Of a stretch of 64,000 nucleotides of DNA, positions 63,848 to 64,000 are shown piece after piece (position 1 is the first letter of the stretch; each line of letters starts with the position of its first letter). The position numbers and the translations under genes were made by a program. Under the pieces are notes generated by a model. That model saw only the letters and a program-made list of their open reading frames with translations, had not been told where the DNA came from and made no database searches. The stretch is from an uncultured Gammaproteobacteria bacterium (GTDB taxonomy: Bacteria; Pseudomonadota; Gammaproteobacteria; DRLM01): contig CAVSNY010000006.1 in assembly GCA_963729605.1 (NCBI GenBank), positions 128,001 through 192,000 of the forward strand, in the 5' to 3' direction.

Positions 63848-64000
63848 GCCAGGATGTCCGTCGGCAGGGGATTGACGTAGTGGCGGCCGCTCCGGGTGCG
63901 GCGGATGTGTTCGACCAGGGATTGATAATCCAATTCGTTCTCCACCCAATCGATGTCGGAGGCGTTGACGATCAACAGCGGCGACTGGTCGTAGTGATAA
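63844..64000 (-). CDS. deoxynucleoside kinase, C-terminal part (runs off window)
   Basis: [32 protein letters not shown]...GRHYVNP*; usual position upstream of panB, ATGA overlap. Confidence 0.8.
   Translation of the reverse strand, partial: YHYDQSPLLIVNASDIDWVENELDYQSLVEHIRRTRSGRHYVNPLPTDILA

Overview
GC-rich gammaproteobacterial chromosome segment (lineage inferred from gene order and protein style, not from a search). The core backbone is tRNA-Glu/tRNA-Ala/gltX/tRNA-Val; tRNA-Lys-queC-queE-cpoB-pal-tolB-tolA-tolR-tolQ-ybgC-ruvB // ruvA-ruvC-yebC; metZ (with a SAM-II-like riboswitch)-purF-cvpA-dedD-folC-accD-trpA-trpB-trpF-truA; pgi-zwf-gnd, glgA-ppc; and panD-panC-panB. Four accessory tracts interrupt it. 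(1) About 12 kb between the inward-facing 3' ends of tRNA-Val and tRNA-Lys holds hipBA with four phased operator-like palindromes coupled to an hsdR remnant, a divergent phosphoketolase plus acetate kinase, a truncated nhaD, a CHASE-PAS-GGDEF-EAL gene and a GGA-rich sRNA candidate. (2) A ~3 kb decayed defence island splits ruvA from ruvB; it carries SNF2 and type III Res remnants, an intact Fic gene with a convergently encoded SxxxEG antitoxin-like ORF, and DUF488. (3) A patchwork of redox and small-protein genes (27.7-35.6 kb) includes an unlisted 48-aa ORF with a sigma54-like promoter. (4) A tandem array of ~350-bp MITE-like elements sits at 60.6-61.6 kb, with a dispersed inverted relative at 29.3 kb. 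The best candidates for undescribed biology are the convergent Fic/antitoxin pair, the MITE/REP composite family, the DUF3015-DUF4105(beta-barrel)-lipoprotein hydrolase envelope operon, the SAM-II aptamer followed by a terminator, and the GGA/ARN-rich sRNA candidate. All family names come from recognised motifs, not from database runs. No CRISPR array, rRNA, intact integrase or intact transposase was seen.
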